Origin: a virus
Taxonomy: Duplodnaviria; Caudoviricetes
Direction: 5' to 3' (one strand)
DNA: 30,789 nt
Virus record (IMG/VR): IMGVR_UViG_3300005512_000215
Span: 1 to 30,789 of that record
Part shown: positions 15,728 through 25,452 of the stretch, in pieces
Position numbering within the stretch: position 1 is the stretch's first letter
Layout: every line of letters begins with the position of its first letter
Made by a program: the position numbers and the translations under genes
Notes under the pieces: model-generated
The model's input: only the letters and a program-made list of their open reading frames with translations
Told to the model about the DNA's origin: nothing
Databases searched by the model: none

Positions 15728-15913
15728 ATGCCCAAGGTAGGAACTAAGCACTTTTCGTATGACCAGTCCGGCTATGACAAGGCCATGAAGGAAGCCCAGA
15801 GAACGGGCCTTCCGATCGAAAACGAAGATAAGAACTACGCGCAGTTTGCTGCTGGCGGCTCCGTTTCGTGCCAGGGTTATCGCAAGGCCAGAAAGCCCAA
15901 GGGGAAGAAGTAA
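15728..15913 (+). CDS. Small basic protein (61 aa)
   Basis: AGGAG RBS; MPKVG.KHF.Y...G...A..EA; contains FAAGGSV. Confidence 0.7.
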   Translation: MPKVGTKHFSYDQSGYDKAMKEAQRTGLPIENEDKNYAQFAAGGSVSCQGYRKARKPKGKK

Positions 15914-16624
15914 TTGGCAGCCTTCACTCTTACAACACTGAGCGCAGCCATAGATGAATGGCTGGAAAATGATTTCTGGGGAGACGATTCCCAGGATCAG
16001 AAGAACAACATCATCGTGTTGGCGGAGGAAAAGATCAACTCGACTGTTAGCATTGCGAGTTTTAACACAAAGGAAGTCTCTGGCTCTGTTACATCGGGGA
16101 ATGGAAGCTTTGAGGTGTCCTCTTCCGATGTGATCGCCAGCCCGCTAACGCCGTTGTATCTGAGGGTGAGAACTGGGGATGGCTCCACTCCTTGGAGGTA
16201 TTTACTCTTAAAGGATTACAACTTCCTTTATGAGTATGCCCCGACGGAAAACACCACCGGATACCCCAAGTATTATTCTTTCTATAACAATACCGACAGT
16301 TCCAATGCTCCGACTGTAAACTTCGCCCCTCACGCAAATGCGACGTATAATTATGAGTTCAACTACTACTTTGAACCTACGTCCCTCACGGCAGTCCCTA
16401 CTGATAACACCACTTGGCTCAGCACCCATGCCAAGAACGCTCTTTTGTATGGATGTCTTGTTCAAGCATACATCTTCATGAAGGGCGATCCGAATTTGAT
16501 TCAAACATACGAAATGAAATTTATGGAAGCTCTCAAAGCCCTTGTTGTGATGCAGGGCGGAACCTTCCGAGACACTTCTTATAATGATTCGGATAACGCT
16601 CCGAACGTAATGGCGGCTCAGTAA
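15914..16624 (+). CDS. Tail tubular/adaptor protein (putative)
   Basis: TTG start; I..W.EN, I.LAEE.I, L..KD.NFL.EY.P...TG.PKYY, TTWLS..A.NALLYG.LV.AY.FMKG. Confidence 0.7.
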   Translation: MAAFTLTTLSAAIDEWLENDFWGDDSQDQKNNIIVLAEEKINSTVSIASFNTKEVSGSVTSGNGSFEVSSSDVIASPLTPLYLRVRTGDGSTPWRYLLLKDYNFLYEYAPTENTTGYPKYYSFYNNTDSSNAPTVNFAPHANATYNYEFNYYFEPTSLTAVPTDNTTWLSTHAKNALLYGCLVQAYIFMKGDPNLIQTYEMKFMEALKALVVMQGGTFRDTSYNDSDNAPNVMAAQ

Positions 16625-18231
16625 TGGCTTCTACTTATACCGAAGGTCTTGGTATTGAAATCATCGGCAATGGCGACAAAGCGGGTAGTTGGGGCAGTAC
16701 AACCAACAACAATCTTGAATCCCTTGAGTTCTCTATAGTTGGGTACGCGCAAATATCTTGTACAGGCTCTTCTCAAACTGTTAACGTGGTGGATGGATCT
16801 GATTGGGATGACGCAAATAGCTCCAGCAGGGCTGCTGTTATCGAGTTTACCGGGACTCCTGGGACGACTCATACAGTAACAATACAGACAGGTGGTGCAG
16901 CTAGGACTTACAGTAAATTCATAGCTATAAACAATACTGACTCTACCGTCGTTATAGATAACGCAACCGCTACAGACCTGAGTATTCCTTCTGAATTTAC
17001 TGCTTTTGTTCATATTGATAGTTCCGGAGATGTTGTCAACTCTATCGATACACTGTTTAGTGGTACTGAGCTTCGTGTAGGAGACAACTCCGATGCTACA
17101 ACGATCTCTAGTAATGGAGATCAGGATATTGTTTTACAGACCGGAAACACCACTACCGGAACCATTACTGTAACAGACGGAGCCAATGGCAACATTACTG
17201 TCGCTCCTAATGGGACTGGTGATGTTGTACTAGCACCGAGCGGGGCTGGTGATGTTGTTGTAGGGAATGGATCCGACGCTATTTCTGTCGAGAGTGGCGG
17301 GACTACAAACCTAACTCTTCAGAGTGGAGCATCTGGAGGATCGATTCTCCTCAGGAATAGTGGTAATATCACTATAACGCCAGCGGGCGGAGGAAATGTC
17401 ACAACAGCGTCAACTGTCGTTGCGCCGACGTTTCAGTACGGATCTGGCACAATGACTGTGCAGTCAACTGGCGGCAACGATCTGAACGTCGCTGCAAATG
17501 CGGCTAACTTGACTTTATCCACTGTAACTAGTGGCAATGTAGTGATAAATCCTGTTGGGAATGTTGTCGTCCAGTCAGCCGCTTTGGATATGAGTTCTTC
17601 AGACAGCTCTATCATCATAGGTAGCTCTTCCGCTGGTGCGTTAGCCATAAGTAGCGGTACTGATACTAGTATACTTCTAATAGATACATCTTCTAATATT
17701 GTCTACATAAAACCTGATTTTGAGTTTAGAGCTGGTGACATTAACCTCAGAAGTGCTGGTGGCGGATACATAAATATAGATGATTCAGTAGCCTCTGGTT
17801 CTAGTGGGTATGGCCTTAGAAGAAATTCCTCAACACTAGAGGTCAAAAATACATCCTCTGATGATTGGGGACAGCCCTACCATTCAGGAATGGTTAATGG
17901 ACAAGGGGCATATTTTGAATCTACAACATCTCCTATCACTGTGAGTTCTAACATCTCAGCATCTCACACTCTCTCCGCCACTCCGAGAATTGTTAAAGCA
18001 GTAATTAAATGCAACGATGCTGGCGGCGATGTTGGATGGGCACAAAACGATGAGATCGTCTTGGGCGCGGACGGGGGTCTAGGGGCTAGTATCGGTGCCC
18101 TCCCCTATGCAAATGGAACTGTTGTTGGCTGTGTTACCGGCAATGCTATTCAGGTTCTTAACAAAACTGTTTTTTCAGTCGCAAATATAGACCCGACCAA
18201 ATGGGACTTGATTATAAGAGCTTGGAAGTAG
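16624..18231 (+). CDS. Tail fibre protein
   Basis: Anchor MASTY...LGIE.IG.G..AGSWG.TTN.NL. Repeated GNIT.APNGTGDV / NITITP.GGG.V fibre motifs. Ser/Thr/Gly-rich. Confidence 0.75.
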   Translation: MASTYTEGLGIEIIGNGDKAGSWGSTTNNNLESLEFSIVGYAQISCTGSSQTVNVVDGSDWDDANSSSRAAVIEFTGTPGTTHTVTIQTGGAARTYSKFIAINNTDSTVVIDNATATDLSIPSEFTAFVHIDSSGDVVNSIDTLFSGTELRVGDNSDATTISSNGDQDIVLQTGNTTTGTITVTDGANGNITVAPNGTGDVVLAPSGAGDVVVGNGSDAISVESGGTTNLTLQSGASGGSILLRNSGNITITPAGGGNVTTASTVVAPTFQYGSGTMTVQSTGGNDLNVAANAANLTLSTVTSGNVVINPVGNVVVQSAALDMSSSDSSIIIGSSSAGALAISSGTDTSILLIDTSSNIVYIKPDFEFRAGDINLRSAGGGYINIDDSVASGSSGYGLRRNSSTLEVKNTSSDDWGQPYHSGMVNGQGAYFESTTSPITVSSNISASHTLSATPRIVKAVIKCNDAGGDVGWAQNDEIVLGADGGLGASIGALPYANGTVVGCVTGNAIQVLNKTVFSVANIDPTKWDLIIRAWK

Positions 18232-18232
18232 G

Positions 18233-20959
18233 ATGCCTTATAGAAAAGTCACATTTCCTCCCGGAATAGATAGAGAAGGAACTCAGTATTCCGCTGAAGA
18301 GAGATGGTATGACTGTGACTTAATCAGGTTCCGTCAGGGAAGACCTGAAAAGATCGGTGGCTGGACTAAGTATTCAACCAACGAGTTCCTTGGAGTATCC
18401 AGATCCTTGCTGAACTGGTCTTCGATTGCTGGTGCAAACCTGATGGCAATCGGATCCGACAAAAAGCTCTATGTAGATCTCGGTGGTGTTTACCATGATA
18501 TCACCCCAATGGACTACAAATCCCAGGGCACTCTCACAAACGCTGACATAACCGATGCTACCACGACGTTGCAGTTTGATTTTGCTGTGTCTGTTGACGA
18601 CATCGTGAGAATGGGTAGTGACGCCAATGCCGTTGGTGATGAGCTAATGCTTGTAACTGCGGTGGCTTCTTCTGGAGCGGTTGGCGAAGATATAACTATC
18701 TCAAGAGGCTACGCGAACACAACCCCCTCAGCGCATTCTATTGGCGATGCTGCCTTTCTTTTAGAAAACTTATCCGACCCGATATATCTAGTCCAGAACT
18801 CAACTACTGTTTTAATTAACTACGCCGCCCACGGACTTACCTCTGGGGACTTCGTTAATTTCTTAAAGATCGACGGTACGCTTACCGGAATCACCACTCT
18901 AGTCAAGGACGATCTTTTCTATCCTTCAAGAGCCACTGTTGAAGGATACGACACCACCAAGTCCACCCAAAGCTTCCCAGTTACCAAGGTTCTTACCAGT
19001 GACTACTTTGAGATTAGAATAGCTACTGCCCCTACGGGTCTTTCTAGTTCCACGCTGGACGGATCTATAACTAACTCCGACACGACTATCGTGTTGAATT
19101 CTTCTACTCCCATATTCCAAGCTAATGACTTGGTGAAGATTGGAGATGAATACATACAGCTAGGAACAAATCCTTCTACTGACAATGTTACTTTTGAAGG
19201 TTGCCTAAGATCTCAGTTCGGATCTATGTCTAAGGATTACGCCGACGGCGAGAGCGTGAATGAAGTTGGTACTGGTGGATCCGGTCAGGGTGGCAACACT
19301 GTCATCATGCGGGACATCCAGGCTTCCGAGTCCACATTCTCTGAGTTCAGTGGATGGGGTGCAGGAACCTGGGGTGGCATTCCTACAGCCACCACGTCCA
19401 CCACGCTAACGGCCAGCCTTGCTGCCGGAGCTGCAACTGCTTCCGTAGCCTCCACTACTGGATTTGGTGACGATAACGATACCGGAACCATGCTTATAGA
19501 ATCTGAAATTATTCTATACACAGTAAATGGTGGATCTGGATTTGACGGCATGACCAGAGGCCAAAATGGAACTGCTGATGTTTTGCACGCTTCGGGGACT
19601 TCAGTCTTCCTCGTAGATCAATACTGGACTGCCTGGGGTAATCCCACAGTCCCGCTTGCCGACGGCTCGGGTGCCGCTCTCAATGTGTGGTCTTTAGACA
19701 CCTTCGGTGAAGACCTTGTAGCAGCCAAGGATAGATCCAGGCCCTACTACTGGAACACGTCGCTCAAGATGAGCAACGGCTACCCATACAGCACTAGCTC
19801 TGATTCCAGCACAGATTACGCATCTGGAATTATCCTTGCTGATGCAGTCCCGATGTCTTCTCTCGGTTTATCTACTGATGATGGTTATGGCGATGTTCCC
19901 GAAGAAGTTGGCTTCCTGATGACCAACCCCGCGTCTCGTCAGGTCATTGCCTTTGGTGCATCCGACACATTCGGAAACTTCGATCCGATGCTTATCCGCT
20001 GGTGCGATCAAGACCACCCCGGATCTTGGAAGATGACAGACCAGAACTCTGCTGGCGGTGCCCCGCTACAGAAGGGCTCAAGGATTATTGCTGCCGCCAG
20101 ATCGGATAGGCAGATCTTGATCTGGACGGATAACGCCCTGTACTCCCTTCAGTACATCGGTGGAGACTTCGTGTTCTCCTTGCAGGAGATTGCGGACGGT
20201 ATTTCCATCTCCTCTAGGTACGCTCACAAAGCAGCCAGAGGCATTGTGTATTGGATGGGAGATAACAACTTCTATCAGAGTGACGGGAGATCCGTTCAGA
20301 AGGTTCCCTGCTCGGTTCTTTCTAAAGTATTTGAAGAGTTGAATTATGATAAAAGAGAAGTTGTGTTTTCTGCGCTCAACTCTCTGTTTAATGAGATCAT
20401 CTGGTTTTACCCCTCCGGCGACAGCATAGAGCCGGATATGTATGTCTTGTTCAATTATGTAGATCAGACATGGGCATACGGGTCGATGTCCAGAACTTCT
20501 TGGTCCGATTCTGGTCTTAGGGAAAAGCCCAACGCTTCTTTCGATAGAGGGGTCTATAACTCTGGGGTTTGGGACGGTATTGAAAGATCCATTATCTACA
20601 ACCATGAAGATGGTTACTTCGACGACGGATCTGCAATGAATTCGTTTATTGAGAGCGGATACTTCGACATAGAAGATGGAGACTATTCCATGTTCGTTGA
20701 CAGGTTTGCTCCTGATTTTCGTGGCCTGGACGGAACCACGCCGCAGATCTTCGTTGATGTTGTGGGTAAGAATTACCCCTCTTCTTCAACCTCCACGACC
20801 AGATCTTTGACTCTTTCAAATGACACAGAGTTTGTGAATACCCGAGTTCGTGGTCGAACGATGTCCCTTAAATTTTATGACCAAGACACAGCCACTACCG
20901 GAGCAGGCTGGGAACTTGGAGACTCTAGAATCCGTATGAAACCGGATGGAAGAAGATAA
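18233..20959 (+). CDS. Tail nozzle / packaged-DNA stabilisation protein with inserted repeat domains
   Basis: PGIDRE.T.Y..E.RWYDCD.IRFR.G.PEKIGGW, GWGAGTWG, WSLD.FGEDL, DPMLIRWCDQ, YWMG..NFY, FNEI.WFYP, C-terminal R.RGR...PDGRR. Confidence 0.75.
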   Translation: MPYRKVTFPPGIDREGTQYSAEERWYDCDLIRFRQGRPEKIGGWTKYSTNEFLGVSRSLLNWSSIAGANLMAIGSDKKLYVDLGGVYHDITPMDYKSQGTLTNADITDATTTLQFDFAVSVDDIVRMGSDANAVGDELMLVTAVASSGAVGEDITISRGYANTTPSAHSIGDAAFLLENLSDPIYLVQNSTTVLINYAAHGLTSGDFVNFLKIDGTLTGITTLVKDDLFYPSRATVEGYDTTKSTQSFPVTKVLTSDYFEIRIATAPTGLSSSTLDGSITNSDTTIVLNSSTPIFQANDLVKIGDEYIQLGTNPSTDNVTFEGCLRSQFGSMSKDYADGESVNEVGTGGSGQGGNTVIMRDIQASESTFSEFSGWGAGTWGGIPTATTSTTLTASLAAGAATASVASTTGFGDDNDTGTMLIESEIILYTVNGGSGFDGMTRGQNGTADVLHASGTSVFLVDQYWTAWGNPTVPLADGSGAALNVWSLDTFGEDLVAAKDRSRPYYWNTSLKMSNGYPYSTSSDSSTDYASGIILADAVPMSSLGLSTDDGYGDVPEEVGFLMTNPASRQVIAFGASDTFGNFDPMLIRWCDQDHPGSWKMTDQNSAGGAPLQKGSRIIAAARSDRQILIWTDNALYSLQYIGGDFVFSLQEIADGISISSRYAHKAARGIVYWMGDNNFYQSDGRSVQKVPCSVLSKVFEELNYDKREVVFSALNSLFNEIIWFYPSGDSIEPDMYVLFNYVDQTWAYGSMSRTSWSDSGLREKPNASFDRGVYNSGVWDGIERSIIYNHEDGYFDDGSAMNSFIESGYFDIEDGDYSMFVDRFAPDFRGLDGTTPQIFVDVVGKNYPSSSTSTTRSLTLSNDTEFVNTRVRGRTMSLKFYDQDTATTGAGWELGDSRIRMKPDGRR

Positions 20960-21120
20960 TGTCAGATGAGATCTACAATAGAGAACGCGATCCTTATCGC
21001 GGCGAGATCAGTAATCCTGTCAATGTGGTCAATCAAGCTGTCCCAGATAAGCGGGACAACAATAAGATCATAAAGCTTGCAATGGTTTTCCCTCCGATGG
21101 GTATCGTGACTCATGGCTGA
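20959..21120 (+). CDS. Small hypothetical protein (53 aa, not in the ORF track)
   Basis: TAATG overlap with the upstream stop. Translates MSDEIYNRERDPYRGEISNPVNVVNQAVPDKRDNNKIIKLAMVFPPMGIVTHG*, and its stop overlaps the next gene's start. Confidence 0.55.
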   Translation: MSDEIYNRERDPYRGEISNPVNVVNQAVPDKRDNNKIIKLAMVFPPMGIVTHG

Positions 21121-21535
21121 TGGATTCAAGATATTAGCTCAGGCCATGATGAGAGATTCCGGTTCAGGAAACCTTCCGCTTGCTGATAATGCACTTGATT
21201 TAATTTATGAAGTTCCTAGCCCGTCAGGTCAACGCTTTGCAACGAGAGGCAATTCTCAGGCGATTGTCTCATCTATATCTGTTTGTCATGTTCATGACTC
21301 TAGTGCTGCTCATGAGTACAGCATCAGAATAGTTGAAGATGTGTCTTCTCCAGGGTTTGATGATAAACAATATGTTATTTATAACAAAAGCATAAGTAAT
21401 TCGACGACAGACGTTTTATCACTTGGTATAGGTTTAGTCTCTGGTAATGGGATATACGCAGAGGCGGCGACTGGCGGAACCGCTGGTGATCCATCAGATA
21501 TCGCAATAACAATATTTGGAACGGAAGTTGTCTAG
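21113..21535 (+). CDS. Small virion structural protein (putative tail-associated)
   Basis: FKILAQ...IYEVP...AIVSSISVC...KQY..Y...I....T..L.LGI.L..G..I...FG.E. Confidence 0.65.
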   Translation: MADGFKILAQAMMRDSGSGNLPLADNALDLIYEVPSPSGQRFATRGNSQAIVSSISVCHVHDSSAAHEYSIRIVEDVSSPGFDDKQYVIYNKSISNSTTDVLSLGIGLVSGNGIYAEAATGGTAGDPSDIAITIFGTEVV

Positions 21536-21543
21536 GTGAAGAA

Positions 21544-22908
21544 ATGATGAGAAAAACCTTCGGACAGTTTGAACCTCCGCAGGAGTTGAACCCCACGGGA
21601 AGTCAGACCAAGGCTTCCACTCCTCCCATCATGGGCGCTCCTATGCCTAATGCCGGTATGAAGAATCAGAACATGGGGAATGTGTCGCCTCCCAAGGACA
21701 AGCCGTCCCCTAAGCAGTTTGCCCAGAGGCAGGCTGCTGGCAAGCGTCTGAATAAGATGCCCAACAGATCTCCGCTGGGTCCGATCACTGGTGGACCGGC
21801 CAAGCCTCAGGCTAGACCTCAGGCTAGATCTCAGCAGCAGCAACAGCAGCAGGAGCCTGTGGGTACTGGCGACCGATGGATGGGAGAACTCTGGCAGGGA
21901 CTCACCCTGAACGATCAGCCTCAAGGTGGCTTTGCGATGGGGGGGAAGGTTGGAAACACCCCTAGCCCTGAAATGGATCTTTACAACAAAGTCACTATGG
22001 AGCTTGAGTCCGGTGGCGTAGGCGGTTTCGCGCACGGCGGCATGGTTGAGAAGTCAAGAGAGATCGCTTCTAAGGGTCGCAATGGCGACACCATGCTCAT
22101 GCACATCCAGCCTCAAGAGCTTGAGGGTCTTCAGTCTCTTCTCGGTCCAGTAACCATAAACCCCGAGACTGGAAACCCTGAGGCTTTTGCTTGGTTCGCT
22201 GCGCTCCCCCTCCTCGGGAAGCTAGCAGTAGGGGCTCTGGGTGGTGGGGCTCTGGGTGCTGGGATTGGCGGAATCGCGGGTGGCAAGGAAGGCGCTCTTA
22301 AGGGGCTGGCAATGGGCAGTATGCTTGGTACTGGTGCTGCTGGTCTTGGAGCCGCTGCTGGCGTGGGTGCCGGAGCGGGGGCTTCTGCTGTGCCTTCAGC
22401 CCTAGCACCCGCTGTTGCGACACCCGGTGTGGCAGCAGGCACGGGTCCGTTAGCAGCAAGCACTCCTGCGGTAGCATCTCAGATAGCGGCAGGTAAGGCT
22501 GCGGCTGCGGCGAACTTGGCAAACCTCACGGGGGCAAGCTCTACCTTGGCTCCGGGCGCGGGCGTGTTGGCTCCGGGCTTCGGGGGCGGAGTGGCAGCTA
22601 GCCAGATCCCTGCTGGCCTTACGGGCCAAGCTGCGGTTGATGCGACGATGAAGGCAGGGATGTCCGGTGCAGGGTTTCAGCCCACGGGCCTTTCCGCAGC
22701 CGCGAAGAAGGGTCTTGCGAAAGCCGGAGCCTCTGGCCTTCAGTCGATTATGAATCAATCTGAAAGTCAGGAGCAATCGCCTCCTCCGATGCCTGCTCCC
22801 GCTCCTGCTCCTCGTCGATACGAAGGCGGAGAAAGCCCTTACGAAGAGATGAAAAGAAGACGGCTCGCTAGATCTGGATCCCTTCCGGGCTCCGGCGGCA
22901 TAGTTTAG
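21544..22908 (+). CDS. Internal virion / DNA ejection protein (putative)
   Basis: Pro/Gln-rich N-terminus; GRNGDTMLMHI.P.E..GL..L...TINPETGNPEAF, then a long Gly/Ala hydrophobic region. Confidence 0.65.
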   Translation: MMRKTFGQFEPPQELNPTGSQTKASTPPIMGAPMPNAGMKNQNMGNVSPPKDKPSPKQFAQRQAAGKRLNKMPNRSPLGPITGGPAKPQARPQARSQQQQQQQEPVGTGDRWMGELWQGLTLNDQPQGGFAMGGKVGNTPSPEMDLYNKVTMELESGGVGGFAHGGMVEKSREIASKGRNGDTMLMHIQPQELEGLQSLLGPVTINPETGNPEAFAWFAALPLLGKLAVGALGGGALGAGIGGIAGGKEGALKGLAMGSMLGTGAAGLGAAAGVGAGAGASAVPSALAPAVATPGVAAGTGPLAASTPAVASQIAAGKAAAAANLANLTGASSTLAPGAGVLAPGFGGGVAASQIPAGLTGQAAVDATMKAGMSGAGFQPTGLSAAAKKGLAKAGASGLQSIMNQSESQEQSPPPMPAPAPAPRRYEGGESPYEEMKRRRLARSGSLPGSGGIV

Positions 22909-22920
22909 TTAGGATTTTAA

Positions 22921-25452
22921 ATGTCTACTGATTTTCAGGAAGGTCCTCAGATTGACTTCGGAACTATGGGCGAGTTTGGCGAAGCTGAACTTTTTCAAAC
23001 TTTTCCCAATGAGGAGCCTGCTGTTCAGGAGCCCCAGGGTATCCAGAGTTTATCTGAGCAATTTGGTATTGACTTTGGAACTATGGGTGAGGTTGGGGAA
23101 GCTGACATCTTTCAGACCCTCCCGGAAAGACAGCCGGAGGTGCAAGAGTCAGACCTCTTTGTAGGGCCGGGAGGCCAAGTTCTTAATCGTGGGCAAGAGC
23201 TTCTCGCTCAGAACTTCCCAAACCAAGATCCGCTTTTTTATGATTTTTACTCCGCTCTAGATCAAAGCTACAGATTCCTAAGTCCTCAGGACATAATCCC
23301 TGAAGGCATAGAAGCTGTTTATGGACCCACAGAAAGAGACCCGTTTAGACAGGATTGGTCCGAAGCAGAGTTCAGAGTTCCTGTTGATTACGAAGGGGAG
23401 TTTCTTACTGGCGAAGAGATGAACGTCGTTCAGACCGCCTATGACTTTGTGGGCTCTTTAGCCCTAGAAGCCGAGGCTGCTGGCTACACCTCTACCAGAG
23501 ACTACTTAGCCGCCATGCAGGAGTACGAGCCAGGAAAGTACAACGCTATCGCTACTGCGCTCAATTCCTATGCCGGGGTGATCGATCAGTACGGCGACCA
23601 GTACAAGTTCCAAGCCGCTCTGCACGATGCGGATCAGATCTCTGTCGATCCAATGCAGAGAGAGGATATTATTAGATCCTCAATGGATCTATTGAGAGAT
23701 TATGTTGCTGCTGGTCTTGTGTCGCAGGAAGAGGCTGCGTATTTAGCTCAAAATCCTGTCGGTCTTATCTCTCTTATATCTTCTGGAGATTTCACTCCCC
23801 AGGCGGTACAAGCCCCGCAAGCCCCTTCCCCGCAAGCTCCTGCTCAGCAAGATCCCGCTCAGCAGGATGCTGCTCAGCAAGATGCAGGACAGGATGATGG
23901 ACAGGATGATGCAGCAGATGTAGAGCTAGATAATCAGGGAAGGGAGATAAGATACGCCGACTGGGATACAGAAGAAATGTATCCTTTTTATTATGATGAG
24001 TACGGCCAGAGTTTCTTCCCTGCCCTGAGAGAAGGAGAGAGGATAGTAAGGAGTCCTGATGGGGATTACGTCGAGAGCGTTGAGACCGGCGAAAGAATAA
24101 GAGACGACCACTCCAACTACTTTAATCCTCCCCCCGGAATTGCTGCCGGTCCTGATGACGACGGGATAACGGCAGTAGATGTTCCCGTTACTAGCGAAGG
24201 CACTTACGATCTTTACACAGACTCCCAGAGAGCCTTGTCTGATGTTGCAGATTTTTATACTGGCCCAGACGCTACGCTGGATCTCGGGGAAGCATTTAGG
24301 ACAAACTTCGGGCATTCCAAACCTATGTTTGACGAGACTTTATTCACGCAAACTGAACGCCCTGCATTCTATGATGATTATCCCAACATGCCTGTTGCGG
24401 AAGCGTTTACCGGCTATGAGTCAAGGAGTGTTCGTGGACCTGGCGGAGCGGGGCCAGTATACGAAAATCGTTATCTTTCCAGACCTTCTGATGCAAACTT
24501 AGTGACTTATCAAGATCAGCCCGTCCTAGAGTACGGCGATGGATTTAGGTTTGGAGGAGAAGACTCCGAGTGGCTGAATGAAAAGTTTGATGAGTTAGTT
24601 CAGACAAGACCATACGGAAATTCTGACAGGGCAGCGAGAGCTTTTGCTGGTAACGAATTTGAAAACCCTTGGTCTTTTGATATCGCAACTGAGCCACTTA
24701 TTCAGCAGAGCTTGTTTGAAGCCTTAATGGATTACTCCGACACCACAGGCGTTTCCATAGATCAGATACATAACTCCCGTTATGAAGACATAGGCTCTTG
24801 GGATGAAGGGAACACTGACATATTTGATATAGAGCATTTCATGTCTGGATCTGAGGATTCCGGATGGGGAGGCTTTATACCTATCTTCCAAGATCTCGCT
24901 AGGGATTATGGACTTGGGACCGTTGGGTCTGAACAAGACTTACTTGGAATGCAAGAGTTGGAAAGAATGGCTTTCCTTTCGTCTGCTGTGTTTAGGCCGT
25001 TGGCGAGGCAGGTTGATTCTATTATCGAAGAGAGGGAAGGCGGGTTCCCTTTTGACCAGAACGTCTCGATACCTTCAGAGTACAATAATCGATTTGGATT
25101 AAGACCCACCCCTGATTATCTGCAAACCTTTTTAGATGTAGGGGGACCGGAAGATGAGCCTCGGGGCTTGTTCGCTGAAGGCGGTTACATCGGCGGAATC
25201 GCAGGCGGGATGGACGATACTATCCCCGCGTCGATCGATGGCTCTCAGCCAGCAGCTCTTTCGAGTGGAGAGTTTGTCGTTCCGGCAGATGTAGTTTCTC
25301 ATCTTGGAGATGGGAACAACCAGAATGGAGCCGCAAAGCTCTATAATTTTATGGATCAAGTCCGAACGGTAAAGACCGGATCGACTGAGCAGCCTGATCC
25401 TTTCAATGATGGAATCATGGCGAATATGATCGGAGAGCCTTATGGGCAGTAG
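22921..25452 (+). CDS. Large acidic internal virion protein (putative)
   Basis: 843 aa, very Asp/Glu-rich and Lys-poor. C-terminal domain GGMDDTIPA.IDG.QPAALS.GEFVVPADVVSHLGDG...GA..LY..MD.VR. Confidence 0.65.
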   Translation: MSTDFQEGPQIDFGTMGEFGEAELFQTFPNEEPAVQEPQGIQSLSEQFGIDFGTMGEVGEADIFQTLPERQPEVQESDLFVGPGGQVLNRGQELLAQNFPNQDPLFYDFYSALDQSYRFLSPQDIIPEGIEAVYGPTERDPFRQDWSEAEFRVPVDYEGEFLTGEEMNVVQTAYDFVGSLALEAEAAGYTSTRDYLAAMQEYEPGKYNAIATALNSYAGVIDQYGDQYKFQAALHDADQISVDPMQREDIIRSSMDLLRDYVAAGLVSQEEAAYLAQNPVGLISLISSGDFTPQAVQAPQAPSPQAPAQQDPAQQDAAQQDAGQDDGQDDAADVELDNQGREIRYADWDTEEMYPFYYDEYGQSFFPALREGERIVRSPDGDYVESVETGERIRDDHSNYFNPPPGIAAGPDDDGITAVDVPVTSEGTYDLYTDSQRALSDVADFYTGPDATLDLGEAFRTNFGHSKPMFDETLFTQTERPAFYDDYPNMPVAEAFTGYESRSVRGPGGAGPVYENRYLSRPSDANLVTYQDQPVLEYGDGFRFGGEDSEWLNEKFDELVQTRPYGNSDRAARAFAGNEFENPWSFDIATEPLIQQSLFEALMDYSDTTGVSIDQIHNSRYEDIGSWDEGNTDIFDIEHFMSGSEDSGWGGFIPIFQDLARDYGLGTVGSEQDLLGMQELERMAFLSSAVFRPLARQVDSIIEEREGGFPFDQNVSIPSEYNNRFGLRPTPDYLQTFLDVGGPEDEPRGLFAEGGYIGGIAGGMDDTIPASIDGSQPAALSSGEFVVPADVVSHLGDGNNQNGAAKLYNFMDQVRTVKTGSTEQPDPFNDGIMANMIGEPYGQ
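22951..23148 (+). repeat. Diverged 117-nt (39 aa) coding tandem duplication
   Basis: IDFGTMGEFGEAELFQTFPNEEPAVQE at 22951 versus IDFGTMGEVGEADIFQTLPERQPEVQE at 23068. Confidence 0.85.
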
